Source of the DNA: Candidatus Iainarchaeum sp.
Lineage (GTDB): Archaea > Iainarchaeota > Iainarchaeia > Iainarchaeales > JAAZKV01
Assembly (NCBI GenBank): GCA_026397015.1
Contig: JAPLVR010000004.1
Coordinates: 6,126 to 70,125, forward strand
Direction: 5' to 3'
Length of the DNA: 64,000 bases
This document shows positions 38,872 through 49,144 of the stretch, in pieces. Position 1 is the stretch's first letter. The number at the start of each line of letters is the position of its first letter. The notes below the pieces were generated by a model. That model searched no databases. It was not told the DNA's origin and saw only the letters and a list, made by a program, of their open reading frames with translations. The translations under genes were made by a program, and so were the position numbers.

Positions 38872-39675
38872 TTATTTTTTAAGCAAATCCTGTACGCGCT
38901 TCACAGGCAGGTCGCTTTTGCTGCAAACTTCAAAAACGCCCTGCTTGTGGCTCTTCAAGCCCCTCCAGTCCAAAACAACTTCTTCCGCACCGCTTTTCTC
39001 AACCATCTGCTTCAGCATCTCCTCATTCAATTCCTGAAGATAATGCGATGGGCAGATGTGGCCGAGGGAATAATTTTTTCTTAATACGAGTTTTGTGAAA
39101 TCGGGCGCGTAATGCGTTCCGCCCAAACCAATTGCAATTTTATCAGAATTTTTGTTTTCGCCCTCTGAAAAAGTCTGTGTTGCAATCGTTTCCGCAACAA
39201 TTTTAACCGCCTTTTCATTCGACCACTCCTTTTCGGTGCTTCCGACTTCGATAAAAACGCTCGGCTTCTCCAAGTAGGGCCCGTGATGGGTAACCTCAAT
39301 TGAAACCTCGAAACCAAGCCCCCTTTCTTCATTCAATCTTTGCATGCCCCGCAAGTAATTGGCCAAAACCCTCGCATTCGTGGGAACAAGCAAACCGCCC
39401 CTGCCGCCATACTCCGCTTTTCCAAAGTTTCCAATCGCGTGGCAGCAGAGCGTCGGCGTTCCGGATTCGGATTTGTGCTTTGAAGCAAAAACAACCAAAT
39501 CGATTCCCCCAAGCTCTTTTTCGCCGAGTTTTGCAAAAATTATTTCATCACTTACTTCTAAAAATTTGAAATTTTTTTCAATTAACTCGCCTCGGAAATT
39601 GTCTTTCATCTTTTTAACGATATTTTTTCCGGCAATGTCAAGCGAAGAATTCACAACCAAACAATTCATGGCCAA
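38872..39675 (-). CDS. dtdA: Archaeal D-aminoacyl-tRNA deacylase
   Basis: FASKHKS, CHAIGN, EVTHHGP, FIEVGS, GGTHY. Confidence 0.9.
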   Translation of the reverse strand: MAMNCLVVNSSLDIAGKNIVKKMKDNFRGELIEKNFKFLEVSDEIIFAKLGEKELGGIDLVVFASKHKSESGTPTLCCHAIGNFGKAEYGGRGGLLVPTNARVLANYLRGMQRLNEERGLGFEVSIEVTHHGPYLEKPSVFIEVGSTEKEWSNEKAVKIVAETIATQTFSEGENKNSDKIAIGLGGTHYAPDFTKLVLRKNYSLGHICPSHYLQELNEEMLKQMVEKSGAEEVVLDWRGLKSHKQGVFEVCSKSDLPVKRVQDLLKK

Positions 39676-39798
39676 ATTAGAAAAAGAACTAATTAAAAAT
39701 TGGACAATAAAAAATTGAAGCGGAAGACAAAATTTCTCTTCACCAAAAATATTTAAACTGAAAAGAGCTTATTGTTGGTTGAAAAAGGCAGTGAAAAA

Positions 39799-41838
39799 AT
39801 GGATTTGAACAAATTATTTTGCCCGAAGAGCGTTGCGATTGTGGGCGCCTCCAATAAGCCTGGAAAGGTCGGTTACGCACTGATAAAGAATCTTTGCGAA
39901 GCGAACTTTAATGGAAAAATTTATCCGATAAATTTGGAAGACAAAAAGGTACAAGGATTGAAATCATATTCATCGGTTTTAAAAGTCAAGGGATCTATTG
40001 ATGCAGCAATAATTTCCATTCCCGCACAGTTCGTTCCAAAGGTGATTGAGGAGTGCGCGAAAAAGGGAACAAAGAACGTTGTGATAATTTCTGCCGGTTT
40101 CAGCGAGGTCGGCGAAGCGGGAAAGAAACTCGAAGATGCGATAAGAAAAACGGCGCAGGAAAACAGGATGTGCATTGTCGGACCGAACACACTAGGGGTA
40201 ATAAACACTGAAAACGGATTTAACGGCTCTTTCTCGGCAAACTTTCCGAAGGAAGGGCCGATTGCGTTGGTTTCACAAAGCGGCGCGCTCTGCACCGCAA
40301 TACTAGACTGGGCAAGGCAGGAAAAAATCGGCTTCTCAAAATTCATTTCAACCGGAAACAAATCGTTCCTTGAAGAATCGCAGTATTTTTCTTACCTTGA
40401 AAAAGACAAAAAAACAAAAGCCGTTTTTGTTTACATGGAGTCTGTTAAAAACCATGAGGCATTCATCCGCGCTGCGGCAAGGCTGGCGAGAAAGAAGCCG
40501 GTCGTTTTGCTGAAAGCGGGAAGGACAAAAGCGGGGCAGGCTGCAGCAAGCTCCCACACCGGCGCAATATCCGGAGACGACGATATTTTTTCGGTGATGT
40601 GCAGAAAAACAAACATGATAAGGATAAATTCAATCGAAGGATTTTTCGACATGGCAAAGCTGCTTTCAAGGCTTACATCAATAAAAAAATTCAGATTAGC
40701 GGTTGTGACGAACGCGGGCGGCCCAGGAGTGATTGTTGCGGATTCAGCGGGCAAGCACAATTTTCCCCTTCCGGAATTTTCGCAGGAAACACTCAAAGTT
40801 GTAAAGCAAATCAATCCAAGCGCGCGCAATCCCCTCGACCTTATAGGGGATGCGAAGCCGATTGACTATGGAACAGCGTTAAGAGTCCTGCAGAAAGACA
40901 GAAACATAGATGTGATTTACGTTTTGCTTACTCCCCAAAGCATGACGAATCCGGAAAGGGTTGCGGACATTGTTGTCGAACTTAATAATCACAAACCGTT
41001 GATTTGTTCTTTCCTCGGCGGGACAGTGGTGAATCATCCGCGGAATTATTTGAAGCAGCACGGCATAGTCGAGTTTGAAACGCCCGAAAGGGGAATAAAG
41101 GCGCTGTCAAGGTTTGAGGATTACACGGAAAACAAAAAAAAGAAAAGAATTTTTTCCCTGAAAGTGAAGGGAAAGGCGGAAATAAGAAAAATGCTTTCGG
41201 GAAAGAAGGAGCTCACGATGCAGGAATCCTACGAGCTGCTTAAAGAATTCGGGATACCTTACCCAAAAAGCGTTTTCTTTTCCGGCAAAAAAGAATTTGA
41301 AAAACAGAAGGCGAAAATTAAGTACCCTGTTGTTCTGAAGAGCGATATCGCAAGCATTTCGCACAGCACTGACCTTGATCTCGTAAAATTAAACATCAAA
41401 AGCAAGGAAGAATTATTCGAAGAAATAACCGCAATGGAAGAAAAAATGCGAAAATTAAAAAAAGCACCGCGCTTCGTTGTACAGGAAATGGTCAAAGACG
41501 GAGAAGAAGTCATAATTTCTTCTATGACAAAGGAATTCGGAAAAGTAATTACATACGGATTAGGCGGGATATTTGTCGAAATAATGAAAGATATCTCCCA
41601 AAAAATAGCGCCGTTGACCGACGATGATGTTGAAGAAATGCTTTCGGAAGTAAAGGGGACGCAAATACTCTGCGGAGCAAGGACGAAAAAGAAATATGAT
41701 GTTGAGGCGTTGAAGAAAACAATTAAGTGTCTGTCACTGCTTGCGCTGGCGCACCCTGAAATAAAAGAAATCGAAATCAATCCATTGATTGTAACCAAAA
41801 GGGGCTGTTATGCGGTAGATGTGATGGTTGCTCTTTGA
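39799..41838 (+). CDS. acdAB: ADP-forming acetate--CoA ligase, fused alpha-beta
   Basis: SVAIVGAS, ISAGFSE, VGPNTLG, SQSGA, ASSHTGA, TNAGGPG, C-terminal ATP-grasp EIEINPL. Confidence 0.9.
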   Translation: MDLNKLFCPKSVAIVGASNKPGKVGYALIKNLCEANFNGKIYPINLEDKKVQGLKSYSSVLKVKGSIDAAIISIPAQFVPKVIEECAKKGTKNVVIISAGFSEVGEAGKKLEDAIRKTAQENRMCIVGPNTLGVINTENGFNGSFSANFPKEGPIALVSQSGALCTAILDWARQEKIGFSKFISTGNKSFLEESQYFSYLEKDKKTKAVFVYMESVKNHEAFIRAAARLARKKPVVLLKAGRTKAGQAAASSHTGAISGDDDIFSVMCRKTNMIRINSIEGFFDMAKLLSRLTSIKKFRLAVVTNAGGPGVIVADSAGKHNFPLPEFSQETLKVVKQINPSARNPLDLIGDAKPIDYGTALRVLQKDRNIDVIYVLLTPQSMTNPERVADIVVELNNHKPLICSFLGGTVVNHPRNYLKQHGIVEFETPERGIKALSRFEDYTENKKKKRIFSLKVKGKAEIRKMLSGKKELTMQESYELLKEFGIPYPKSVFFSGKKEFEKQKAKIKYPVVLKSDIASISHSTDLDLVKLNIKSKEELFEEITAMEEKMRKLKKAPRFVVQEMVKDGEEVIISSMTKEFGKVITYGLGGIFVEIMKDISQKIAPLTDDDVEEMLSEVKGTQILCGARTKKKYDVEALKKTIKCLSLLALAHPEIKEIEINPLIVTKRGCYAVDVMVAL

Positions 41839-41893
41839 AGCGGCAATTTTTCAAATAAGCCCTCTTTTAATTTTTCTGCACCAAATTTCACTT

Positions 41894-42868
41894 ATGAAAA
41901 GAATCGGTTCGTTGAAATTGGGCGGGGAAGTTTTCCTCGCGCCGATGGCTGACTACACGAACATCGCGTTCAGAACGCTTTGCAGGGAATACGGCGCGGC
42001 GATGGTTTACACCGAACTGATTTCGGCCAAGGCAATTGCGGTGAAAAGCGGTAAAACGTTCAAAATGATGGAAACCAATTCGAAGGAGAGGCCGATCGCG
42101 CTGCAACTTTTCGGAAATAATCCGGATGATTTTGGAAAGGCGGTAAAAATTGCTGAGAAAATGGGGGAAAGAAAAAAAAGCGATGAACCAAATTTTACTT
42201 TTGACGCTTACGATTTAAACTGCGGCTGCTCGGTTCCAAAAGCGCTAAAGGGAAAGTATGGGGTTGCGCTAATGGAAAAGCCGAAGCTTGTGGGGGAAAT
42301 AATTTCCGAAATGCGCTCAAAAACAAAAAAGCCGGTGATGCTCAAAATGCGCTTAGGATACAAAACAGAAACCTTTCTTGAAGTGGCAGAAGAGGCGGAA
42401 AAGGCAGGAGCGTTAGCAATCGCCCTGCATCCGCGCCTCGGCACGGAAGATTACTCGGAAAAGGCAAAGTGGGAAAAAATAAAGGAACTTAAAAAAAGCA
42501 CGAAGATGCCCGTAATCGGCAACGGAAACATAGCAATTCCCGCAGATGTCCTTGAAATGAAAAAAGAAACGGGCTGCGACTTCGAAATGATAGGCAGGGC
42601 GGCAGTCGGAAACGCGTTCCTATTCAGACAGGCCAGCGCCCTGCTGAAAGGGGCAAATGTTCTGGTAAAATATAGGAAAGAAACTTTTGTCGAAGGAAAA
42701 AGATTTTTGGAACTGATAAATGGGTTCAAATTGGGCGTGAATGATGCGAAGCCGTATTTCATCGGCACTGCAAGAGGTTTTGAGGGTGCGGCCGAAGCAA
42801 GAAACGCCTTTGCGCTGGCAAAAAGCCTCGAAAAGATCGAAGAAATTTTTAATAAAAATTTTGGCTGA
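41894..42868 (+). CDS. dus: tRNA-dihydrouridine synthase family protein
   Basis: LAPMADYT, DLNCGC, LHPR, IGNG, MIGRAA. Confidence 0.9.
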   Translation: MKRIGSLKLGGEVFLAPMADYTNIAFRTLCREYGAAMVYTELISAKAIAVKSGKTFKMMETNSKERPIALQLFGNNPDDFGKAVKIAEKMGERKKSDEPNFTFDAYDLNCGCSVPKALKGKYGVALMEKPKLVGEIISEMRSKTKKPVMLKMRLGYKTETFLEVAEEAEKAGALAIALHPRLGTEDYSEKAKWEKIKELKKSTKMPVIGNGNIAIPADVLEMKKETGCDFEMIGRAAVGNAFLFRQASALLKGANVLVKYRKETFVEGKRFLELINGFKLGVNDAKPYFIGTARGFEGAAEARNAFALAKSLEKIEEIFNKNFG

Positions 42869-42874
42869 GAAAGC

Positions 42875-43501
42875 ATGGAGAAAACGCAGAGGATTTTCTG
42901 GAACGAATACTACAGAAAGCACGGCGAGGTTTGGAGAGGCGTCGCAGAAATCGGCGAAAAACTTGAGGGAAAAAGGGTTTTGGAGTTGGGCTGCGGGACC
43001 GGAAAAACCCTGAAGGCAATCCTTGCAAGGAAGCCGAAAAAAGTCGTTGCTGTTGATTTTTCGGAAATTGCAATTAGGATTGCGGCGGAAAAATTTTTGA
43101 AAGAAAAAAATTTAAGCATCGTGCATGCGGATTGCACCGATTTGCCCTTTGAAAGCAAAAGTTTCGACATAATTTTTTGTCATCATGTGCTTGGGGCGAT
43201 GAAACTGAAAGAAAGAAAAAAATGCGTCAGCGAAATGAGAAGAATTCTCGTTGATAATGGAATTGTTATTTTTGAGGATTTTTCATCCGGCGATTTGAGG
43301 GAAAGCGGGAAAGAAATTGAAGAAAAAACGCCCCAGAAGAAGAACGGAATAATCCAGCATTTCTTTATAAAAAAAGAGGTCAAAGGGCTGTTTTCCGGCG
43401 CCGGTTTTAGGCGGGTTTCAGTAAGAAAGAAATTAAAGAGGCTGAGGCTTGGAAAGGAAACGGTTGTGAGGTCTGAAATCACGGCAAGGGCGGTGAAATA
43501 A
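42875..43501 (+). CDS. Class I SAM-dependent methyltransferase
   Basis: VLELGCGTG, AVDFS, ADCTDLPF..FD. Confidence 0.9.
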   Translation: MEKTQRIFWNEYYRKHGEVWRGVAEIGEKLEGKRVLELGCGTGKTLKAILARKPKKVVAVDFSEIAIRIAAEKFLKEKNLSIVHADCTDLPFESKSFDIIFCHHVLGAMKLKERKKCVSEMRRILVDNGIVIFEDFSSGDLRESGKEIEEKTPQKKNGIIQHFFIKKEVKGLFSGAGFRRVSVRKKLKRLRLGKETVVRSEITARAVK

Positions 43502-43568
43502 CAAAAGCATTGCCAATTTGTGCACGCGCAGGCAAAGTAAATAATGTCAAAAAAGGGTTCGATAAAAA

Positions 43569-43588
43569 ACACAATTTCTTGGACATTT
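43569..43588 (+). repeat. 20-bp intergenic element ACACAATTTCTTGGACATTT, copy 1
   Basis: Exact match to 58124-58143 and 61984-62003. Confidence 0.85.
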
Positions 43589-43646
43589 GCGTCGGAGTTT
43601 TCCTGCACAGCATATAAAAACGTTTTCCACACTAATTTGCTTTTAT

Positions 43647-43949
43647 ATGAAAAGTGCGAAAAATGCAAAGAAGGGAAAGGAACTCCTGTTCATAAGCGTC
43701 ATCGGAAAGGACAAGAAGGGAATAGTTGCGACCATCTCGAATCACCTGTACAAAAACGGCATAAATATCGAGGACATAAACCAAAAGGTTATGGAAGGCT
43801 ACTTTGTAATGACGATGGTGGTTGATGCTAAGGATTCAAAGAAAAGCCTTGAAAAAATAAGGGAAGAGCTTGAAGAGGTCGGCAAAAAAATGAATGTGAT
43901 GGTGAGCATAAGGCACGAAAACATATTCAAAATGATGCATCGCATTTGA
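43647..43949 (+). CDS. ACT-domain protein
   Basis: ISVIGKDKKGIVATIS...INIEDINQ...FVMTMVVD...HENIFKMMHRI; typical partner of DUF711. Confidence 0.9.
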   Translation: MKSAKNAKKGKELLFISVIGKDKKGIVATISNHLYKNGINIEDINQKVMEGYFVMTMVVDAKDSKKSLEKIREELEEVGKKMNVMVSIRHENIFKMMHRI

Positions 43950-44076
43950 AGCAATAATTTTTTGCAGAATTTTTTTGGGATTTTTTGTAGGGTTTTTTTT
44001 ATTGGTTTATTGGTTGTTTTTTATTTTTTGGAGTTTGATTTTTGAATTTATTTTTTGTTTTTTGAGGTGTTAAGGA

Positions 44077-45435
44077 TTGACCATTTCACTGGAAGAGGTT
44101 TATGAAACTTCAAGCATGTTTCTGCACGACAACCTTGACATAAGAACGGTAACGCTCGGAATAAATCTGAAGGGCTGTATAGATTCGGATTTCCAAAAGT
44201 TCAGGAATAAAGTTTATAAAAAAATATTTTTGAACGGCAGAAAGTTAATAGCCGAGGCAAAAAAAGTCGAGGTTAAATACGGCGTTCCGATAGTGAATAA
44301 GCGCATTTCGGTAACGCCCATAAGCCTGATAATGGAAACCCATTGCACAAAGCAGAAATATTTGCAGATGGCGTTGACGCTCGACAGGGCGGCGAAAGAT
44401 TCCGGAATTGATTTTATCGGCGGCTTCGGAGCGTTCGTTCAAAAAGGAATGACAGAATCGGATGCTGTTTTGGTCGAGGCGTTGCCGGAAGTGCTTTCAA
44501 GAACCGACAGGATTTGTTCTTTCATAAATGCGGGTTCTAACGTTTCCGGGCTTAATCTCGATGCGGTCAACCTGATTGCCGAAATGCTAAAGAAAACTTC
44601 GAAGAAAACGAAGAACGGAATCGGTTGCGCAAAATTTGTTGTTTTTGTTAACGCGCCGGAAGACAATCCTTTTATGGCGGGCGCCTTCCATGGAATCGGC
44701 GAACCGGATTTTTCCCTCAACATAGGAATAAGCGGACCCGGCGTTGTAAGAAGCGTTATTGAAAAAAATAAGGATTGTGATTTGACAGGGCTTTCGGAAC
44801 TCGTGAAAAGGACTGTTTTCAAAATAACACGTGCCGGAGAACTGGTCGGAAGGGAGCTTGCCGAAAATATTAATGTGCCTTTTGGAGTTACCGATATTTC
44901 GCTGGCGCCGACAACAAGACCGGGAGATTCCGTTGCAAAAACGATTGAAGCATTTGGAATTGAAAGAATCGGGGCGCATGGTTCGACGCTTGCCCTTGCT
45001 CTTTTAATTGATGCCGTAAAAAAAGGCGGAGCGATGGCGAGCAGCAGTGTCGGCGGCTTAAGCGGAACATTCATTCCGATAAGCGAAGATTTGGGAATGA
45101 TTGAGGCTGTTCAAAAAGGCGCGCTGAGCCTGGACAAGCTTGAGGCATTTACAGCGGTGTGTTCGGTCGGCTTGGACATGTTTGCCGTTCCTGGAAGCAC
45201 CTCGGCGGAAACAATCGCCGCGATAATAGGCGATGAGCTTTCAATCGGAATAATGAACAACAAAACTACGGCGGTAAGAATAATTCCGGTTAACGGAAAA
45301 AAACCGGGGCAATTGGTTGAATTTGGCGGCCTCCTTGGAACGGCGCCCGTAATGAAAGTAAGCAAATTTTCTTCGGCAAAGTTCATGAGGCGCGGAGGAA
45401 GAATGCCCGCGCCGATAACTAGCATGCGCAACTGA
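44077..45435 (+). CDS. DUF711 / UPF0210 PFL-like-fold protein
   Basis: LDIRTVTLGINL, VNKRISVTP, EDNPFMAGAFHG, GGLSGTFIP.SED, CSVGLDM, GGLLG.AP. Confidence 0.9.
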   Translation: MTISLEEVYETSSMFLHDNLDIRTVTLGINLKGCIDSDFQKFRNKVYKKIFLNGRKLIAEAKKVEVKYGVPIVNKRISVTPISLIMETHCTKQKYLQMALTLDRAAKDSGIDFIGGFGAFVQKGMTESDAVLVEALPEVLSRTDRICSFINAGSNVSGLNLDAVNLIAEMLKKTSKKTKNGIGCAKFVVFVNAPEDNPFMAGAFHGIGEPDFSLNIGISGPGVVRSVIEKNKDCDLTGLSELVKRTVFKITRAGELVGRELAENINVPFGVTDISLAPTTRPGDSVAKTIEAFGIERIGAHGSTLALALLIDAVKKGGAMASSSVGGLSGTFIPISEDLGMIEAVQKGALSLDKLEAFTAVCSVGLDMFAVPGSTSAETIAAIIGDELSIGIMNNKTTAVRIIPVNGKKPGQLVEFGGLLGTAPVMKVSKFSSAKFMRRGGRMPAPITSMRN

Positions 45436-45497
45436 TTTGTTTGGTTTCTGGCGCATTGGTTAGTTTCTGACATTTAATTTGAAGCTTATCTTTTTCT

Positions 45498-46352
45498 TTA
45501 CCTTTTTCTAAACGCTTCATCAACAAAATCAATTGTTTTTTTCAGGCGACTAATTTGCCCGAGGATATTGTTCACTTCCGCATTAGTAAAATGTTCCCTG
45601 TTTTTTGAAACAAAATTTAGGAAGCTTTTCTGGAGCCCCATTTCCTGTTTCATTAGGGCGATTTCTTTTGCAACATCGAGTCTTCCGAATTTTGAGAGCG
45701 CCCTCCTCCCCATGGCGACTTTTTTTATTCCATCGAGGTGTTCGTCTTTTTGAACTTCAATATTTATGCCTTCAACTTCTTTTTCGGCGGCCGCAATATT
45801 TTTTGCCAGTCGTTTTGTTTTGAATGTCTGGCCTTCCTCAAGTTTTGTGACCTCGAGTTGCAGTTTCTGCAATTCGATATATTTCTCAAATAACGCTTTT
45901 CCAAGCCGATGGCGTACAACGCTGTTTTTAGGATTGACTTTAAGCCATTTGTTGTATTCGGAGATAGCAATCGAATATGCCTTGTCGGCTCTGAGCGCCC
46001 TCTTAACAAGCGAGTTAATGCTTATCACATTTTTTATCTGCGCGATTACAACTTCGGTAAACACCTCTTTTGGGCTAACCCCTTTTTCTCGCATTTCACG
46101 CATCCTTTCTCCCGCTTTTTGTGAAACATTAATGTCGTCAAGCAGGCGGTCTATTTCTTTATCGCCCATTTTTGACGCATTCTGCTTGAGGATGGAAAGT
46201 TTAAGTTTTCTGTCCCGATTAAGAAAAAGCCTTTGGCTTTTGTAGTCAGCCCTTCTGCTCAGTTCGGAGAGTTTTTTGCGCAGTTCGGCGGCCTTTTCCA
46301 GGGAATAGGGCGCACTATTTTTTTTCGGCGCGCGCTTTCGTTGGGGTTTCAT
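45498..46352 (-). CDS. Basic helical hypothetical protein, paralog of 55654..56535
   Basis: Start MKPQRKRAP; shares DYxxQRLFL and C-terminal motifs with the paralog. Confidence 0.7.
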   Translation of the reverse strand: MKPQRKRAPKKNSAPYSLEKAAELRKKLSELSRRADYKSQRLFLNRDRKLKLSILKQNASKMGDKEIDRLLDDINVSQKAGERMREMREKGVSPKEVFTEVVIAQIKNVISINSLVKRALRADKAYSIAISEYNKWLKVNPKNSVVRHRLGKALFEKYIELQKLQLEVTKLEEGQTFKTKRLAKNIAAAEKEVEGINIEVQKDEHLDGIKKVAMGRRALSKFGRLDVAKEIALMKQEMGLQKSFLNFVSKNREHFTNAEVNNILGQISRLKKTIDFVDEAFRKR

Positions 46353-46459
46353 CAGCAACTTGCATTGTTCAAAGTATATATAAATATCTTTCAAAAAATT
46401 TGGCAGATTTTTTTCAAAAAAAACAGAAGAAATAAAAACTCGGCGGGCTTATCTATGTC

Positions 46460-47305
46460 ATGCGATTTTTTGACGGAAAATTTGTAAAGGAGGGCTCTAT
46501 AGGCCAGTTGCTCGACAGGCTTACCTTCCTACACATTTTTTTGGTGTGGGTCGCAATCATTGTCACATTCGGCCTCGCATATTATTTTTTGGCCGGGTCT
46601 GGAAACTATCTTTCTTTCACAGCGGTAACGCAGCACCAGCCAACAATTTTTGAAACACTTTATTTTAGTTTCATCACGGCAACCACAACAGGTTTCGGCG
46701 ACATAATCCCGATAGGAACATTGTTCAGAATAATAGTCATAATGGAAGTCATTTCAGGACTGCTCCTTCTCGCAGTCGTAACTTCGAAGCTGGTTTCAAT
46801 AAGGCAGGGAATAATACTCAGCGAAATATACGAAATTTCTTTCAACGAACGCCTCAACAGGTTAAGGTCCTCGCTTTTGGTTTTCAGGCAGAACCTGAAC
46901 AGATTGGTTTTAAAGGCGGAAGAAGGAACGGTCAGGGACGGCGACCTCTATGATTTTTTCACCTACCTGGTTTCTTTTGAAGACCACTTGCGCGACATCA
47001 CTGATTTGTTCAGCGATTCAAATGAGAACAACCTGAAAAAATCAGTTGACGAAGTCGGAGCTGAACTTATTTTCAACAGCATTGTAAGGGCGCTTGAGCG
47101 GCTGAATGAAACGATACTTCTGCTCAACAAGGAAAAGAAAGGGTGGAAGAAGGAGCTCGTTTCCGACAGGATAAAACGCTGCCTCGATTTGAGCGGAATT
47201 ATTTGCAGCAAACTCCAGGCGTCGAAAAAAATTGACCCTAAGACTGTTGAAAAACTCTTGAAAGAAAAAGCGATTATTGTAGGCGCGATAGAGAAGGCGG
47301 TTTAA
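46460..47305 (+). CDS. Two-TM potassium-channel-like ion channel
   Basis: LYFSFITATTTGFGDIIP pore/filter flanked by TM helices. Confidence 0.85.
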   Translation: MRFFDGKFVKEGSIGQLLDRLTFLHIFLVWVAIIVTFGLAYYFLAGSGNYLSFTAVTQHQPTIFETLYFSFITATTTGFGDIIPIGTLFRIIVIMEVISGLLLLAVVTSKLVSIRQGIILSEIYEISFNERLNRLRSSLLVFRQNLNRLVLKAEEGTVRDGDLYDFFTYLVSFEDHLRDITDLFSDSNENNLKKSVDEVGAELIFNSIVRALERLNETILLLNKEKKGWKKELVSDRIKRCLDLSGIICSKLQASKKIDPKTVEKLLKEKAIIVGAIEKAV

Positions 47306-47399
47306 AAACTTTTATTTTCATACTTATTTGTTTCTGAGGTTCGCGATAGAACCGTCGGAATAGTTTTTTTTGGATTTTTTGAAAAGAGGTGTTAAAGAA

Positions 47400-47609
47400 A
47401 TGGTTTCGAAGAATGAACATTGGCATATGGGGGGCTTTTCAACCGGAGGATTGCTTTTCGGATTATTTCTCGTCGCTTGGGGAACAATCTGGATGGGGAA
47501 TGACCTCGGCTGGTGGAGTATTTCATTTCCCGTAGCGCCCGCAGCAATACTTTTCATCGGATTGATGGTCGTTATCGGCGCGATAAGAAAATTCTTTTGG
47601 TGCTGCTAA
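47400..47609 (+). CDS. Small two-TM membrane protein
   Basis: GLLFGLFLVAWG...ILFIGLMVVI; GAGGTG RBS. Confidence 0.6.
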   Translation: MVSKNEHWHMGGFSTGGLLFGLFLVAWGTIWMGNDLGWWSISFPVAPAAILFIGLMVVIGAIRKFFWCC

Positions 47610-47655
47610 ATTCCTGGAACGGTTTTTTTCCGGCGGTGTTTTTTAACAGCCATTT

Positions 47656-48843
47656 TTATCCGTCAAGGGGGATGGCGCTCCATTTTTTTGCACCGGCTTT
47701 TTTCCAAACTTCGCTTGCCAAAAGTTTTGCCTTGTCGGTTTTTTCCCAGGGAAGTCCTTCTTTTCCGAAATGGCCGTAAGAACATGTTTTGTGGTAAATC
47801 GGCTTTCTTAAATCAAGTTCCCTCAAAATGTCGGCCGGTTTTACCGGAAAGTATTTCTTAATCAATTCAACAAGTCTTTCCTCCGGAACACAGTTGGTGC
47901 CGAAGCAGTTTACAGAGATGTTCAACGGGTCGGCAACGCCGATACAGTATGCCAGCTGAATCTCGCATTTATCCGCCAGTTTTGAAGCAACAATATTTTT
48001 CGCAATATAACGCGCGGCGTATGCGGCGCTTCTATCAACCTTTGTAGGGTCCTTTCCGGAAAAACAGCCGCCGCCGTGGCTTCCGTGGCCGCCATAACTG
48101 TCAACAATTATTTTTCTTCCCGTTAATCCCGTGTCGCCTGCCGGCCCGCCAATAACAAACCTCCCGGTCGCATTGATAAAATATTTCGTTTTTTTGTCTA
48201 CCCATTTTCCGCAAACAGGAAGAACAATTTTTTCCTTTATTTGTTTTCTCAGTTCGCCCATATTCATTTCCTTATGGTGCGCAGCGATGACAACATTTTC
48301 AACCCTCATCGGCTTTCCATTTTCATATTCAACAGTAACTTCGGTTTTTCCGTCCGGAAGAAGGAACGGAAGCTCGCCGCTTTTCCTCGCTTCGCTCAAT
48401 CTTTTTGCAAGCCTATGCGCCAGGCTTATTGGCAGTGGCATTAATTCAGGGGTATCATTTACTGCATAGCCAAACATCAAGCCCTGGTCGCCCGCACCCT
48501 GTTCCTTAAAATCGCCCTTTCCTTCTGTTACCCCCTGCGAGATATCCGGGCTTTGTTCATGAATCTTAATAATTATTTCCGATTTGTCCGAGAATCCCAA
48601 GCTCTTGTCAGTGTAGCCTATTTCGGCAATTTTTTTTCTTACGACTTTTTCAAAATCGACTTTGGCCAGCGTTGTTATCTCTCCGGCGATGCAGCAGAAA
48701 TTTGTTGTTACTAAAGTTTCAACCGCAACCCTGCTTTGAGAATCCTGTTCAAGGCACGCATCCAGTATCGCGTCGCTTACGCCATCACATATTTTGTCCG
48801 GATGCCCCTCTGTTACGCTTTCGGATGAAAAAAAATGCTTCAA
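47656..48843 (-). CDS. metK: S-adenosylmethionine synthetase, bacterial/eukaryotic type
   Basis: [49 protein letters not shown]. Confidence 0.97.
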   Translation of the reverse strand: MKHFFSSESVTEGHPDKICDGVSDAILDACLEQDSQSRVAVETLVTTNFCCIAGEITTLAKVDFEKVVRKKIAEIGYTDKSLGFSDKSEIIIKIHEQSPDISQGVTEGKGDFKEQGAGDQGLMFGYAVNDTPELMPLPISLAHRLAKRLSEARKSGELPFLLPDGKTEVTVEYENGKPMRVENVVIAAHHKEMNMGELRKQIKEKIVLPVCGKWVDKKTKYFINATGRFVIGGPAGDTGLTGRKIIVDSYGGHGSHGGGCFSGKDPTKVDRSAAYAARYIAKNIVASKLADKCEIQLAYCIGVADPLNISVNCFGTNCVPEERLVELIKKYFPVKPADILRELDLRKPIYHKTCSYGHFGKEGLPWEKTDKAKLLASEVWKKAGAKKWSAIPLDG

Positions 48844-48909
48844 ACAAATTACCCCCCCAAAAATTGAAATTATTCTTAACAGCCTTCGTTCTTGACGTTT
48901 TTAAAAGGA

Positions 48910-49052
48910 TTGGTGCAAAAAAGGCGGCGCGTGCGCGCAAAAAGTGTGGAGGAGACAAAAGGACACAAGGCCGCATTTGCTCCGCCCCACACCACGTGAT
49001 GCAGGCGAGAACCCGCGAGATTAAACCCGCAAAAGCCTAAACCCGCACCGCT
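48910..49052 (-). ncRNA. Candidate structured 5' leader of metK
   Basis: TATA at 49073-49080; GGUGCGGG/CCUGCAUC helix, three GCGGGUU repeats, 49-nt hairpin 48944-48992 followed by U5. Confidence 0.45.
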
Positions 49053-49144
49053 AAATTTGGGCACTAACTTGTATTTAATAATTCTGTTACAAATGATGTG
49101 CTAATTCGGGTTATTTTGTTTATTATCCGATTTCTGTGGTTCGA

